A stretch of 48,857 bases of DNA from the sequence record SRR20825010_1258. One strand, written 5' to 3'. The notes beneath the pieces were generated by a model, which saw only the letters and a list, made by a program, of their open reading frames with translations, made no database searches and was not told where the DNA came from. The position numbers were made by a program, and so were the translations under genes. Below, piece by piece: positions 9,234 through 18,518 of this stretch. Positions within the stretch are counted from its first letter, which is position 1. Each line of letters begins with the position of its first letter.

Positions 9234-10248
9234 AAAATTTTTGAACACAGTCGAGAAAATCCTGACCGAGATTGGTCTGGATACCAGTTCGTTTGCAGCA
9301 ACTCCATGTAGGGATGGAGGCAACAATCTTGTTTATGAAATTCACCTTGGAAATCGAAAACTGTTGGGAAAGCAATACTACCGCAGTTCCCTAGATCAGC
9401 GTGATCGATTGAAATCCGAATGGGATTTCATTCAGTATGCTACAAAAGTTGCACCTAGAAATATTCCTAAACCAATTGCGATTGACCGTGCCGAGGGGAT
9501 AGGCATCTACGAGTTTATCGAAGGTCAGAAAATTTCAGCGAATAGTTTGGCGGATCGACATATCGAGGCGGCTGCCCGATTCATCAATACGCTTAATAAT
9601 AGGGAGAGTGTTTCACTCGCAGAAAATTTGTCTTCTGCATCGGAAGCTTGCTTCAGCATCGACGAGCATATCCAGATGGTCGATGGTCGACTTCGCCGTT
9701 TTGCCACTTTAGAAGCGATAGATGAACTAACGGAAGACGCTAATAAATTTATGAATACTGTGATGCTTGTCTGGAAAAGTGTTCGAGAGCAGATAGAACA
9801 GGGAGCGGGTTCTCTGGAGTTTGGGCTCAGTGATAATCTGCCTATGTCTCAAAGGTGCGTTTCGCCGTCTGACTTTGGGTTTCACAACGCACTGTTGAGG
9901 CCGAATGGTGAGGTCTGCTTTATAGATTTCGAATATGCAGGATGGGACGATCCGGCAAAAATGGTGGCTGACTTTTTTTGTCAACCTCAGATTCCTGTCC
10001 CGAAAGCCCATTTTGAGATGTTTCTAAATCTTGTGGTGGGGCCTTTTGATGGACGAGAAGAATTAAAATCTCGTACGCGACTTTTGTTTCCGGCTCAAAA
10101 GATCAAATGGGTATGCATCATGATGAACATCTTTCTGCCGGATGCCGCTAAGCGGCGGATGTTTGCAGACCCTGATGCTGCATCGGATGTACGAAAGAGA
10201 TTGCAATTGGAAAAGGCTCTGCTCGCGTTGAGTACATTGGAAATTTGA
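9226..10248 (+). CDS. aminoglycoside-phosphotransferase/choline-kinase-fold kinase
   Basis: GGNN loop, KQY, SPSDFGFHN (Brenner-type), IDFEYAGWDDP. GTG at 9226 overlaps the upstream stop (ORF track starts at 9121). Confidence 0.78.
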   Translation: MGEKFLNTVEKILTEIGLDTSSFAATPCRDGGNNLVYEIHLGNRKLLGKQYYRSSLDQRDRLKSEWDFIQYATKVAPRNIPKPIAIDRAEGIGIYEFIEGQKISANSLADRHIEAAARFINTLNNRESVSLAENLSSASEACFSIDEHIQMVDGRLRRFATLEAIDELTEDANKFMNTVMLVWKSVREQIEQGAGSLEFGLSDNLPMSQRCVSPSDFGFHNALLRPNGEVCFIDFEYAGWDDPAKMVADFFCQPQIPVPKAHFEMFLNLVVGPFDGREELKSRTRLLFPAQKIKWVCIMMNIFLPDAAKRRMFADPDAASDVRKRLQLEKALLALSTLEI

Positions 10249-10258
10249 GGAGTTCAGT

Positions 10259-10927
10259 ATGGCCTATGTCGACTTTCTTTCTGTCATCCATAAAAGCACG
10301 GCGCGCGACTATCTTGCTCGCGTGAACGATCCCGAGTTTCCGAAAGCTAAAGCAGCTGAACTGGCAAAGAGGTTTGACTTTGACTATTGGGATGGTGACC
10401 GTCGCATAAACTATGGCGGTTACAAGTATGATGGGCGTTGGGCAAAGGTCGCTAAGGCGATGGTTGATAGCTATGGGATCAAGCCGGGAGATAAGATTCT
10501 TGATATCGGCTGTGGTAAAGGATTTCTGATCTACGACTTTACCCAAGTTGTCCCGGGTGTGGAGGTGTATGGCCTCGATATATCGAAATACGCTATCGAC
10601 AATGCGCTCGACGACATCAAGGGACGAATCAAGCTCGGCCATGCGAATAGCTTGCCATTTGATGATAACGAGTTTGATCTCGTTTTCTCGATCAACACTT
10701 TTCATAATTTGCATGCATACGACCTTGACCGCGCTCTTCGTGAAATGGAGCGCGTTGGAAAGGCAAACAAATATATCTGCGTTGAGTCCTACCGAAATGA
10801 ATTTGAGAAGGCCAACCTTCTCTACTGGCAAGTGACTTGCGAAGCCTTCAACACACCGGAAGAGTGGAACTGGTGGTTTAAGCAAACCGGATATTCTGGC
10901 GATCATTCATTCATCTATTTCGAATAG
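10259..10927 (+). CDS. class I SAM-dependent methyltransferase
   Basis: ILDIGCGKG, GLDIS, LPFDDNEFDLV. GAGGAG RBS. Confidence 0.9.
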   Translation: MAYVDFLSVIHKSTARDYLARVNDPEFPKAKAAELAKRFDFDYWDGDRRINYGGYKYDGRWAKVAKAMVDSYGIKPGDKILDIGCGKGFLIYDFTQVVPGVEVYGLDISKYAIDNALDDIKGRIKLGHANSLPFDDNEFDLVFSINTFHNLHAYDLDRALREMERVGKANKYICVESYRNEFEKANLLYWQVTCEAFNTPEEWNWWFKQTGYSGDHSFIYFE

Positions 10928-10937
10928 GACCAAGACG

Positions 10938-11984
10938 ATGCTGCCCAGTAAGACAATGGCTGCCATTCTGGTCGAACAGCGCAAACCGCTTGTAGTTGCT
11001 GAGATTGAGTTGCCCGCCTCGCTCGAAGTAGGGCAGGTATTAGTGGAGATTGATTTTAGTGGAATTTGCGGTTCACAGCTTGGGGAGATAGATGGAGCGA
11101 AAGGGCCTGATCGCTTTCTACCGCATCTCTTGGGGCATGAAGCGTCAGGTCGTGTGGTTGCCATTGGTCCTGGAATTCGAAACGTAAAGCCCTTTGATAA
11201 AGTGGTTATGCATTGGCGGAAAGGCCCCGGCATAGAGGCACAGCCGCCCGCTTATCTGTGGAATGGCAAGCGCGTAAATGCCGGATGGGTCACAACTTTC
11301 AGTCAGCACGCCGTGATCTCAGAAAACCGACTGACTAAAATACCAGATGATAGCAATATGGAAGTTGCAGCGCTCTTTGGTTGTGCTGTGACAACAGGCT
11401 TTGGCGTGGTCGTCAATAATGCCAAATTGACTATTGGAGAGTCTGTTGTAGTGTTTGGGGCCGGAGGTATCGGCCTCAATATCATTCAGGCTGCGGCACT
11501 CTCTACTGCGCACCCAATTATTGCTGTTGATCTGTATGACAATAAGCTTGAATTAGCCCGATCACTGGGTGCAACGCATTTGGTCAACGCTCGGAAATGC
11601 GATGCGCGAAGGGCAGTTGAAGATATTGTCGGACCTCAGGGGCTGGATGTGTTCATCGACAACACCGGACAGCCTCTGGTCATCCAGCAAGGTTACGAAA
11701 TGACCAAACCGCAAGGCCGGGTTGTACTCGTTGGTGTGCCGAAAAAAGGAGCGGACATATCGATATATTCTCTACCCCTTCATTTTGGAAAGTCTATCTG
11801 CGGGTCTCATGGAGGCGAGGCAGCGCCCGAGGTCGATATTCCCCGGTATCAGTCACTTTACACAAAAGGTCTGATCGATCTTGATAGGTTGATTACAGCG
11901 CGTTTTTCACTTGATAATATAAATAGCGCGATAGAAACGATGAGAGGTGGCGAAACATCCGGACGGGTTCTGATCGCTATGTGA
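10938..11984 (+). CDS. zinc-binding alcohol dehydrogenase (MDR family)
   Basis: GICGSQ, LGHEASG, GCAVTTG, GAGGIG. Lacks the structural-Zn Cys4 lobe. Confidence 0.9.
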   Translation: MLPSKTMAAILVEQRKPLVVAEIELPASLEVGQVLVEIDFSGICGSQLGEIDGAKGPDRFLPHLLGHEASGRVVAIGPGIRNVKPFDKVVMHWRKGPGIEAQPPAYLWNGKRVNAGWVTTFSQHAVISENRLTKIPDDSNMEVAALFGCAVTTGFGVVVNNAKLTIGESVVVFGAGGIGLNIIQAAALSTAHPIIAVDLYDNKLELARSLGATHLVNARKCDARRAVEDIVGPQGLDVFIDNTGQPLVIQQGYEMTKPQGRVVLVGVPKKGADISIYSLPLHFGKSICGSHGGEAAPEVDIPRYQSLYTKGLIDLDRLITARFSLDNINSAIETMRGGETSGRVLIAM

Positions 11985-12690
11985 TCAGCCATGTTGGTCG
12001 ATATTCCGTATGGGCTTTTTGTAAGCTTTCGACCGAACCAATGTCACGGTGGTATAAGCTGTTTTCTACAGCGATGATTCTGCCTAGAAAATGGGGAATA
12101 ACTTCAGTGCTTAGGTCCAATACTGGTCGGCCGAGGCGAAGTGCAAACTCTACAACTTCCGGCGCAACGATATAAACAGCAGCATTGGCAAGATTTCCTG
12201 GAGGGTTCTTCACCTTCTCATGGAATGCCTGAACAATATTTTTTTCGTCAAGCTCCAGAATTCCGCAAGAAGATGGATCGTCGGTTCGAAAGGTTAGCAT
12301 CGCTATGACGCAGTTGTCAGGGCGGGCATCAAATGCTGCTCGGAATTTTGGTAGATCGAAGTCTGTTAAATTATCCGCATGCGCCACAAGGCACGTATTT
12401 CCACCGAAATATTCTGCGTTCGCGATTAGTGTGCCAGCTGTGCCCAAGAGTTTTTCCTCGTGCACTGTATCTACCTGATCCCGCCACTCTGAGCCCTTGA
12501 TGTAGGTTTCGACCGCTTCCGCTAGGTAGTGAGTGTTGATTAGTGTGCGTTCTATGCCAGCTTCGGAAAGGCGTTCTAGCCAAATATCCAGTAAAGGGCG
12601 TCCATGAATTGGGACCAGACATTTGGGGATTGAGTTTGTAACAGGTCGTAATCTTGTGCCGAGACCGGCGGCTAGCAATAAAGCTCGCAT
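11977..12690 (-). CDS. sugar-1-phosphate nucleotidyltransferase (HddC/mannose-1-P guanylyltransferase-like)
   Basis: LLAAGLGTRLRPVT..IPKCLV, LGTAG, FHEK, DIG. Confidence 0.9.
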   Translation of the reverse strand: MRALLLAAGLGTRLRPVTNSIPKCLVPIHGRPLLDIWLERLSEAGIERTLINTHYLAEAVETYIKGSEWRDQVDTVHEEKLLGTAGTLIANAEYFGGNTCLVAHADNLTDFDLPKFRAAFDARPDNCVIAMLTFRTDDPSSCGILELDEKNIVQAFHEKVKNPPGNLANAAVYIVAPEVVEFALRLGRPVLDLSTEVIPHFLGRIIAVENSLYHRDIGSVESLQKAHTEYRPTWLIT

Positions 12691-12702
12691 TTGGTCACCA
12701 AA

Positions 12703-14202
12703 TCAGGACGTAGGATATTCCATCTCTGTGAGAATATCCTCTAGTGTGAGTGGCGTATTGCCAACGCGCGAGACCTGACAGCCTGCTGCCATTGCGCCGA
12801 GATATGCGCTTTGCCAGATATCGGTTCCCGCGGCGTATGCCAATGCGCTACTTGTGAAGAGGCTGTCACCTGCCCCTGATACATCTTTGGCGTTTATATT
12901 AAACGCCGGCAAGCGGTCGGTCACAGGTTCGCCGTCTTCGATACCATGAATAAGCAACCCTTCCGAGCCAAGCGTAACAAAGACATTTTCTGCCCGTGCC
13001 GTATCGCGCAAGCTCTCACAGAGAACTACAAGCCCGGAATCTTGATCGCGTAACGCCAGCCGGGCCTCGCGCTCTGTCGGAGTAATGAGGATCATGTCCT
13101 TGAAGCGCGAAATATCGGAAAGTTGAGAGGAGGCCTGACTGTCAGCGGCCATCATGATACCTTTGGCCTTGGCCATGCTAACGATTTCATCGACCAATAT
13201 CTGCGGCAAGCAACCATAGTTGAAATCGGCGAAAAGTATAATGTCGGTATGGTCTAATTGTCGCGAAACCGTCTCGCTCATACGAGAAATTATGTCTGGC
13301 GCAATAGCGTGTTGGCGCATTCGGTTGACGCGGAGCAGCGTCTTTCCTAGTGCCCGATATCTGGTTTTGTGGGTTGTTGGTCGCGTTGTGTCAAAGAACA
13401 AATTTGTTTGAACACCGTAAGACGCGAGTTTTTCCTGGGCAAAAATAGATTGTTCGTCTGAACCGCTAACCGTTAAAAAGCGAACGTCCGCTCCAAGGCT
13501 TCGCGCATGCGCAGCTACAATACCTGCTCCGCCGACAAAACTCTTCTCCTCAATAGGTGAGACAACAATTGTTGGATCTTCCTGCGACATGCCAACTGGA
13601 TCACACTCGACATATGTATCGACAATCAGGTCGCCAATTATGAGAACGCGCAACTTCGCAATTTTCGACAAGGCCAGTTTGAGATCGGAGATTCGAAAAT
13701 TGTGACGTGCGGGGTAGTCGGTAGGTTTCTTGATAGTTGCAAAATTTGTCTCGTAATACTCTTTCTGCAGTAGGTTGATGGATGAGAAGCGCATCTCCCC
13801 GCCGCCAAAGATTAATTTGCCGCCATAAGAATCTATAGCCGCTTGTTCTGGGTTGTTGCGTTTTTCAAATTCCTTGCCCTTGACGACAATTTCAGGTTTG
13901 AGAAGTTGGATAAATTCCTCTGGCTCATCTTCGAGGGCTACAACTAGATTAATCATTGTAATAGCGGCAAGGCTTTCGATACGCAGGTCACGCGCAAGCG
14001 AGACACCTTTTGTGTAGTCCGGATTGACTCCGACCACTAGAAAGTCAGAATTGTCTTTTGCAAATTTCAGAATGCGAAGATGGCCTGGATGTACAACATT
14101 GAAATTTCCGGAAACGAAAGCGACCCGACTTTTCGCGGGATATTCGTTTCTGAAAGATCTGACAAACTTTATCGCAGTGGACTCGTCCATTACCGTTACC
14201 AT
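12703..14202 (-). CDS. bifunctional HldE/RfaE-like protein: N-terminal nucleotidyltransferase plus C-terminal PfkB kinase
   Basis: N-terminal SGNFNVVHPGH and VKGKEF; C-terminal IGDLIVD, GGAGIVA, TPTEREA, DVSGAGD. Confidence 0.88.
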   Translation of the reverse strand: MVTVMDESTAIKFVRSFRNEYPAKSRVAFVSGNFNVVHPGHLRILKFAKDNSDFLVVGVNPDYTKGVSLARDLRIESLAAITMINLVVALEDEPEEFIQLLKPEIVVKGKEFEKRNNPEQAAIDSYGGKLIFGGGEMRFSSINLLQKEYYETNFATIKKPTDYPARHNFRISDLKLALSKIAKLRVLIIGDLIVDTYVECDPVGMSQEDPTIVVSPIEEKSFVGGAGIVAAHARSLGADVRFLTVSGSDEQSIFAQEKLASYGVQTNLFFDTTRPTTHKTRYRALGKTLLRVNRMRQHAIAPDIISRMSETVSRQLDHTDIILFADFNYGCLPQILVDEIVSMAKAKGIMMAADSQASSQLSDISRFKDMILITPTEREARLALRDQDSGLVVLCESLRDTARAENVFVTLGSEGLLIHGIEDGEPVTDRLPAFNINAKDVSGAGDSLFTSSALAYAAGTDIWQSAYLGAMAAGCQVSRVGNTPLTLEDILTEMEYPTS

Positions 14203-14289
14203 TGACCGGTTGCTGGGGGAATTTCTTGGCCCAGAATGTTTGTTCAGAGTCTAGCAAAGCCATTTGCTAGCCGCATCAAAATAACCCGA

Positions 14290-15180
14290 CTATTTCTTTT
14301 CAGAGAAATGTTCGAGTGCCAGAGCTGTGCAAATTTCCTCCATGCTTTGGAATGACCAGTTGATTTTGCTCTGCAGCTTGCTGATTGAAAAGGAGGTGTT
14401 GAGAGGGCGCCGTTCTAGAAATGGAAAGTCATGCAATAGGCATGGCTCAAGTTGATATGACAGCGATGGCTGAACTTCGATGATTTTATCTATAAGCAGC
14501 TGGAATAAGGAATAACGGCTATAGGCCTTGGGGCCGCCCAAGTGAAACAGTCCTGTTTCCCCTAATTCCGCCAAGCGGACGATGGCACCGGCGACATCAT
14601 CGACATGTGCAGGCGAAAATATTTGGTCGGTGGCTGCCTTCTGCAATTCACCGGCAAGAATTGCGTTGATCCACTGGCCCAATGTGCTGTGCGTATTCCT
14701 GTCGCCACTGACGACTTTCGATAAGCGGACGATCAGCCAATCGCAATTCTGTGTCTTTAGCCAGTTCTCGACGGCAAGTTTCTGACGGCCATACTCCATG
14801 CGGGGCGCGGCTATATCCTGCTCTGTCCGATAACCATTTTCGCCGTCAAAAACATAGTCGGTCGAGATGAAGATAGGCTTGCTCCCCAATTCTATGGCTT
14901 GCTTGAGAGCGCGAATTGAACCTTGGACATTTATGAGAGCCGTCCGTTCAGGGGCTTTAGCACAACCATCCATTTCAATTGCGCCGCCAACCATAAAGAC
15001 GCAACCAGGGCATTCCGCAATACCTGAAATATAGTCTGATGTGACATTGAACTTCGCGCCTCCCCAAAAGGGCCTACTATTGAATGTTCCAATGCCGCCG
15101 CTTGGCCCAAGCAGCTTGGTGAGCTTGCTGCCCAAAAAGCCGGATCCTCCGATAACTATTGAGTTTGTAAGTGAAGTCAA
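14290..15180 (-). CDS. RmlD-like NDP-4-keto-sugar reductase
   Basis: GGSGFLG, ISTDYVFDG, YGRQK, DQIFSP, RPLNTS. Confidence 0.85.
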   Translation of the reverse strand: MTSLTNSIVIGGSGFLGSKLTKLLGPSGGIGTFNSRPFWGGAKFNVTSDYISGIAECPGCVFMVGGAIEMDGCAKAPERTALINVQGSIRALKQAIELGSKPIFISTDYVFDGENGYRTEQDIAAPRMEYGRQKLAVENWLKTQNCDWLIVRLSKVVSGDRNTHSTLGQWINAILAGELQKAATDQIFSPAHVDDVAGAIVRLAELGETGLFHLGGPKAYSRYSLFQLLIDKIIEVQPSLSYQLEPCLLHDFPFLERRPLNTSFSISKLQSKINWSFQSMEEICTALALEHFSEKK

Positions 15181-15196
15181 ATTACTGTCCGCTTAT

Positions 15197-16399
15197 CTAG
15201 ATCAGCTTACGAATGCTTCGCGGGCTGCCCGCAAATATTGATAGAAAGTCACCTCCTCGTGCGACGAACTCTGAGTTGCGCGATATGACATTGGTTTCGT
15301 TAGTTATAGAAACAGCGAGCAGGCACAATTTGACGCTGCGATCGACAAGGGCCGATGTTGGAAGGATAGGGAGTCCAGCACCCGGCAGAAAAAGGCCCTG
15401 TTTTTGAGGCGTATCATCGGCAACAAAGTCAATAAGTTCACCAAGTTGGTGGAAGTTCACAAACGCGCAAGCAAGGTGTCCAGCTCCAAAAAGTGCTATA
15501 GGTCCAGTGTCTTGCTTATATCGGTTCAAGAAATACCTTAGTGCCTCTGATATTGGCTGAAAGGCCCTTGCATAGCTTGAGATATCGAAAGCTGGCGCTA
15601 GCGCTATGTCTTCAAACGCGGCGGGAGTGGATGGATTGCTCTTGCGTGCGATTTGAACAAGCGAATTTTCAAATGAATAGGGGTAGGTAATTGTTTGAAG
15701 CGATTCAAATCCAACAGTTTGAATAAGCGGAGTAAACGTCTCGGGAGTGAAATATAGCGAATGCTCTTCCCAGATCATTGCATAGTCGTTTAGTTGTAGG
15801 CTGGGGGTACAGTCGGGTACTTCAAGTATGATTAAGCCGCCCGATGAGACGAGTTCGGAAATGCCCTCAAGGAAGGAACGAAGATCTTCCGTATGCTCCA
15901 TGATGTGGCGCACAATTAGGATATCTGCCTGTCCCTTTTGCGCAGCGATCGACCTCATCGTATTGGTGGTCGTAAGCTTCTGTACGGTTTCGATATTTGC
16001 CTTTGGGTCGTGAATGCCAAGGTCTTTTGCTGGGTCTAAGCGCCAAGTCGAATGAAAGCCTTTGGCGCGAAAACGATCGATTGTTGTATCGTCCTTCGAT
16101 GTAAGTCCGCCCACTACGCACTCCGTAGTAACGCCTTCAATATTTAGAATGCGTTCGACAGTGTCATCGAGATGGTCTTCGGGTTCGCGTGCAAATAGCC
16201 ATTCGTATGGTGGCACAAGTTCATTGTGTGGGACCGGTGCCATGAGCTGGATGTTTCCGCAGTATGTGCATTGTCCAAGAGCAATCGGAACGAGGTTCTG
16301 TTGGGTGTCAGGCGTCGACAAAAAAAAGCTGGAGATAGGTTGATATCCCAAGTCGAGATGCTTTGAGACGCTTTTCCGGCCACATGCGAGGCAACTCAT
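15197..16399 (-). CDS. NDP-sugar C-methyltransferase-like protein (Zn finger, SAM domain, C-terminal domain)
   Basis: CLAC...LDLGYQPI...CTYC, RHIMEH, LEVPD, EEHSLYF, FGAGH, DDTPQKQGLFLPG..LPI. Confidence 0.82.
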   Translation of the reverse strand: MSCLACGRKSVSKHLDLGYQPISSFFLSTPDTQQNLVPIALGQCTYCGNIQLMAPVPHNELVPPYEWLFAREPEDHLDDTVERILNIEGVTTECVVGGLTSKDDTTIDRFRAKGFHSTWRLDPAKDLGIHDPKANIETVQKLTTTNTMRSIAAQKGQADILIVRHIMEHTEDLRSFLEGISELVSSGGLIILEVPDCTPSLQLNDYAMIWEEHSLYFTPETFTPLIQTVGFESLQTITYPYSFENSLVQIARKSNPSTPAAFEDIALAPAFDISSYARAFQPISEALRYFLNRYKQDTGPIALFGAGHLACAFVNFHQLGELIDFVADDTPQKQGLFLPGAGLPILPTSALVDRSVKLCLLAVSITNETNVISRNSEFVARGGDFLSIFAGSPRSIRKLI

Positions 16400-17295
16400 A
16401 GGTTTTCACTCCGTCTCTGATTGCTAGAGACTTGTCGGTACATTTTTTCGATGCCAGAGACTAGTGAAGTGAACTTGTAATTGGGCATAAGTGCTAAAAG
16501 TCTTGTTGGGTCAAAACAATTGTCTACCTTTTCCTTGGACCTTTCGCGGGACGAGATCTTCGGCATTCTTGTTACAACAGTCCGTATCGCACTTAAGGCA
16601 TCATTAAAGGTATAGCTGGTGCCGGACGCGATGTTGAGTGGATTGGTTTCGTTGCTAATGATGTATTGCGCGAGAATTTCGATGACATCATCAATATAAA
16701 GAAATTCTCGCTTCTCGCTCCCGTCTCCCCATAAGATGATCTCCTTGCCTGACATGGCGGCATTGAGAAACCCGCTGGGTCCGTAGGCATTTGCGACGTC
16801 GCCCGGGCCGTAAATTGTGGCGGGTCTTATGATGCCGAGTTCTGTATTGGGGAGGTTGCATATAGTTTTTTGCAGCATCCATTCAGCGTTGAATTTTGAT
16901 AGTCCGTAGTAACTACGTGGATGAGGGGGGGTATCCTCGTTGATATGCAGGTTTTCAATATCTTCGCCGTATATCGCGGCCGAGCTGAGATATACAACGC
17001 GCCGCGCTGAATGTGACTGAAGAAGGCGAATGAAATTCTGGATCATCGCCATATTCTTAGAAAATGTTTCAGGCGTGTCGCCAAGTTGTTTTTTTACAGC
17101 AGCGCACATAACCAATGTGCTTTCCGGTGTGAAAATAGTTGTTAGATCAAGCTTGGAACGCCCCGTTGTTAAATCTAGTTGTTCGAGAGACAGGCCTTGC
17201 ACTTCAAATGTCGCGGATAGAGAAGAAAGCTTTGTCAAAAGACGCGAGCCTATAAATCCCGTATGGCCTAGAACAACGAATTTTTTTTTGATCAT
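16396..17295 (-). CDS. NAD-dependent epimerase/dehydratase
   Basis: GHTGFIG, LSSAAIYG, YGLSK, REFLYIDD. ATG 17295 overlaps the upstream stop (ATGA). Confidence 0.88.
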   Translation of the reverse strand: MIKKKFVVLGHTGFIGSRLLTKLSSLSATFEVQGLSLEQLDLTTGRSKLDLTTIFTPESTLVMCAAVKKQLGDTPETFSKNMAMIQNFIRLLQSHSARRVVYLSSAAIYGEDIENLHINEDTPPHPRSYYGLSKFNAEWMLQKTICNLPNTELGIIRPATIYGPGDVANAYGPSGFLNAAMSGKEIILWGDGSEKREFLYIDDVIEILAQYIISNETNPLNIASGTSYTFNDALSAIRTVVTRMPKISSRERSKEKVDNCFDPTRLLALMPNYKFTSLVSGIEKMYRQVSSNQRRSENL

Positions 17296-17831
17296 TGTAC
17301 AGATTTCATGGTGTTTGTCCGGGATCGCAAAAATTCTAATCCGGCGCTTACATTTGATTCGGGCGGGGCCCATTCAGCAGCCTGGCTTTCTCCCGGATTG
17401 AATGGGCCAATTGTCGTTTCTAGAAATACGAACCATTCACTTAGAAATAGTAGTGAGTGGAAAGTGCCTTTTGGCATCCTGTAAAAGAAGCTTCCATCAG
17501 AGCCATAGATATTCATATCTATGATTTCAATTTCTTCACCAGTTTCGGAAAACAGCAAAGCAGTGGCCTCGCCTTCCAACACAGTAACAGTTTCGCTCTT
17601 GTTCAAATGACGGTGCGGGACAACATAGCTGTCGCGATGCATCACGATCAGCATTTCCTGTTGCAATGCGGACGGATCAGGATGGGTGCAAAGGCGTGCC
17701 CTCAGTTTTGGCGAGCTCAACGCGGCATCCTTGAGAAATGCTACTGTGTCTGTATCCACAGAAACAAATGAGGAATTGCAATAGAAAACTTCTGGCGATA
17801 CGCGATGGAGTTGTTTGATTGCTTTGTTCAT
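17292..17831 (-). CDS. wbuC: WbuC-family cupin metalloprotein
   Basis: SPKLRARLCTH, SYVVPHRH..KSE, FHSL, ETTIGPF, AEWAP. Start could also be 17843 or 17870. Confidence 0.8.
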   Translation of the reverse strand: MNKAIKQLHRVSPEVFYCNSSFVSVDTDTVAFLKDAALSSPKLRARLCTHPDPSALQQEMLIVMHRDSYVVPHRHLNKSETVTVLEGEATALLFSETGEEIEIIDMNIYGSDGSFFYRMPKGTFHSLLFLSEWFVFLETTIGPFNPGESQAAEWAPPESNVSAGLEFLRSRTNTMKSVQ

Positions 17832-17876
17832 GAGGTGAAGCATCCAGCAAGTTTGGATATTTTTATCCAATCCAAT

Positions 17877-18518
17877 TTAGCCAAAATTAGTAAACAGGTT
17901 GCGCAATCTGATCGCCGCATCTGCCGGCGTTGAGCAGAAAATGACGGGATAGTCTCTTGTGGCAAGGCTTGCTGCTTTCTCTCGTTCGTCAAGCCCGTGA
18001 CCGGTTTTGACATGAAAAGCACCGGTGATTTTGGCGTTGCGGCCGGCTTCAATATCAGAGGCCCTGTCGCCTACAATCCAGCTCCGCTCAAGCTTTATGT
18101 CAAGAAGGTAGCCCGCGAATTCCAGCATCGCCGGTCCGGGTTTACGCCATTGTGCCATTTGCTTTGAATAATTCGGTGTAAATTCGGGATGGTAGGGACA
18201 AGCTATTGTCAGATCAACTTGTGCGTCTTGGATATTTAGCAGGCGCTCTATTTCAGCTTCAACGGCTATGAATTGTGCTAGGTCAAATAGACCTTTGGCG
18301 ATGCCTGCTTGATTGGTTACGACCACCACGCTGAGACCGATCGCTCTGGCAGCATGGATGAGATCCACTGCTCCGTGTTCCAGCGCGACGTCTTGGACTC
18401 GCGAGAGATAATGGGTTTCTTCCACGATAACCCCGTCTCGGTCTAGGAACAGACACGGCCGTCCATGTCGATCAAAATCCGGGGTGGAAGAAATCCATAT
18501 GTCTGATGGTGGTGTCAT
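17877..18518 (-). CDS. gmhB: D-glycero-D-manno-heptose-1,7-bisphosphate phosphatase-like HAD (IIIA)
   Basis: FLDRDGVI, VTNQAGIA, ACPYHP, RKPGPAM, VGDRASD. Start uncertain (ORF open to 18593). Confidence 0.88.
   Translation of the reverse strand: MTPPSDIWISSTPDFDRHGRPCLFLDRDGVIVEETHYLSRVQDVALEHGAVDLIHAARAIGLSVVVVTNQAGIAKGLFDLAQFIAVEAEIERLLNIQDAQVDLTIACPYHPEFTPNYSKQMAQWRKPGPAMLEFAGYLLDIKLERSWIVGDRASDIEAGRNAKITGAFHVKTGHGLDEREKAASLATRDYPVIFCSTPADAAIRLRNLFTNFG

Noticed and set aside
9226-10248. Aminoglycoside resistance gene
   Set aside because: Only the APH/choline-kinase fold is shared; the gene is translationally coupled inside a sugar-biosynthesis operon.
10148-10906. 252-aa minus-strand ORF, and the many similar 60-180 aa shadow ORFs across the window
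   Set aside because: They lie antisense or out of frame to well-supported genes and have no family motifs.
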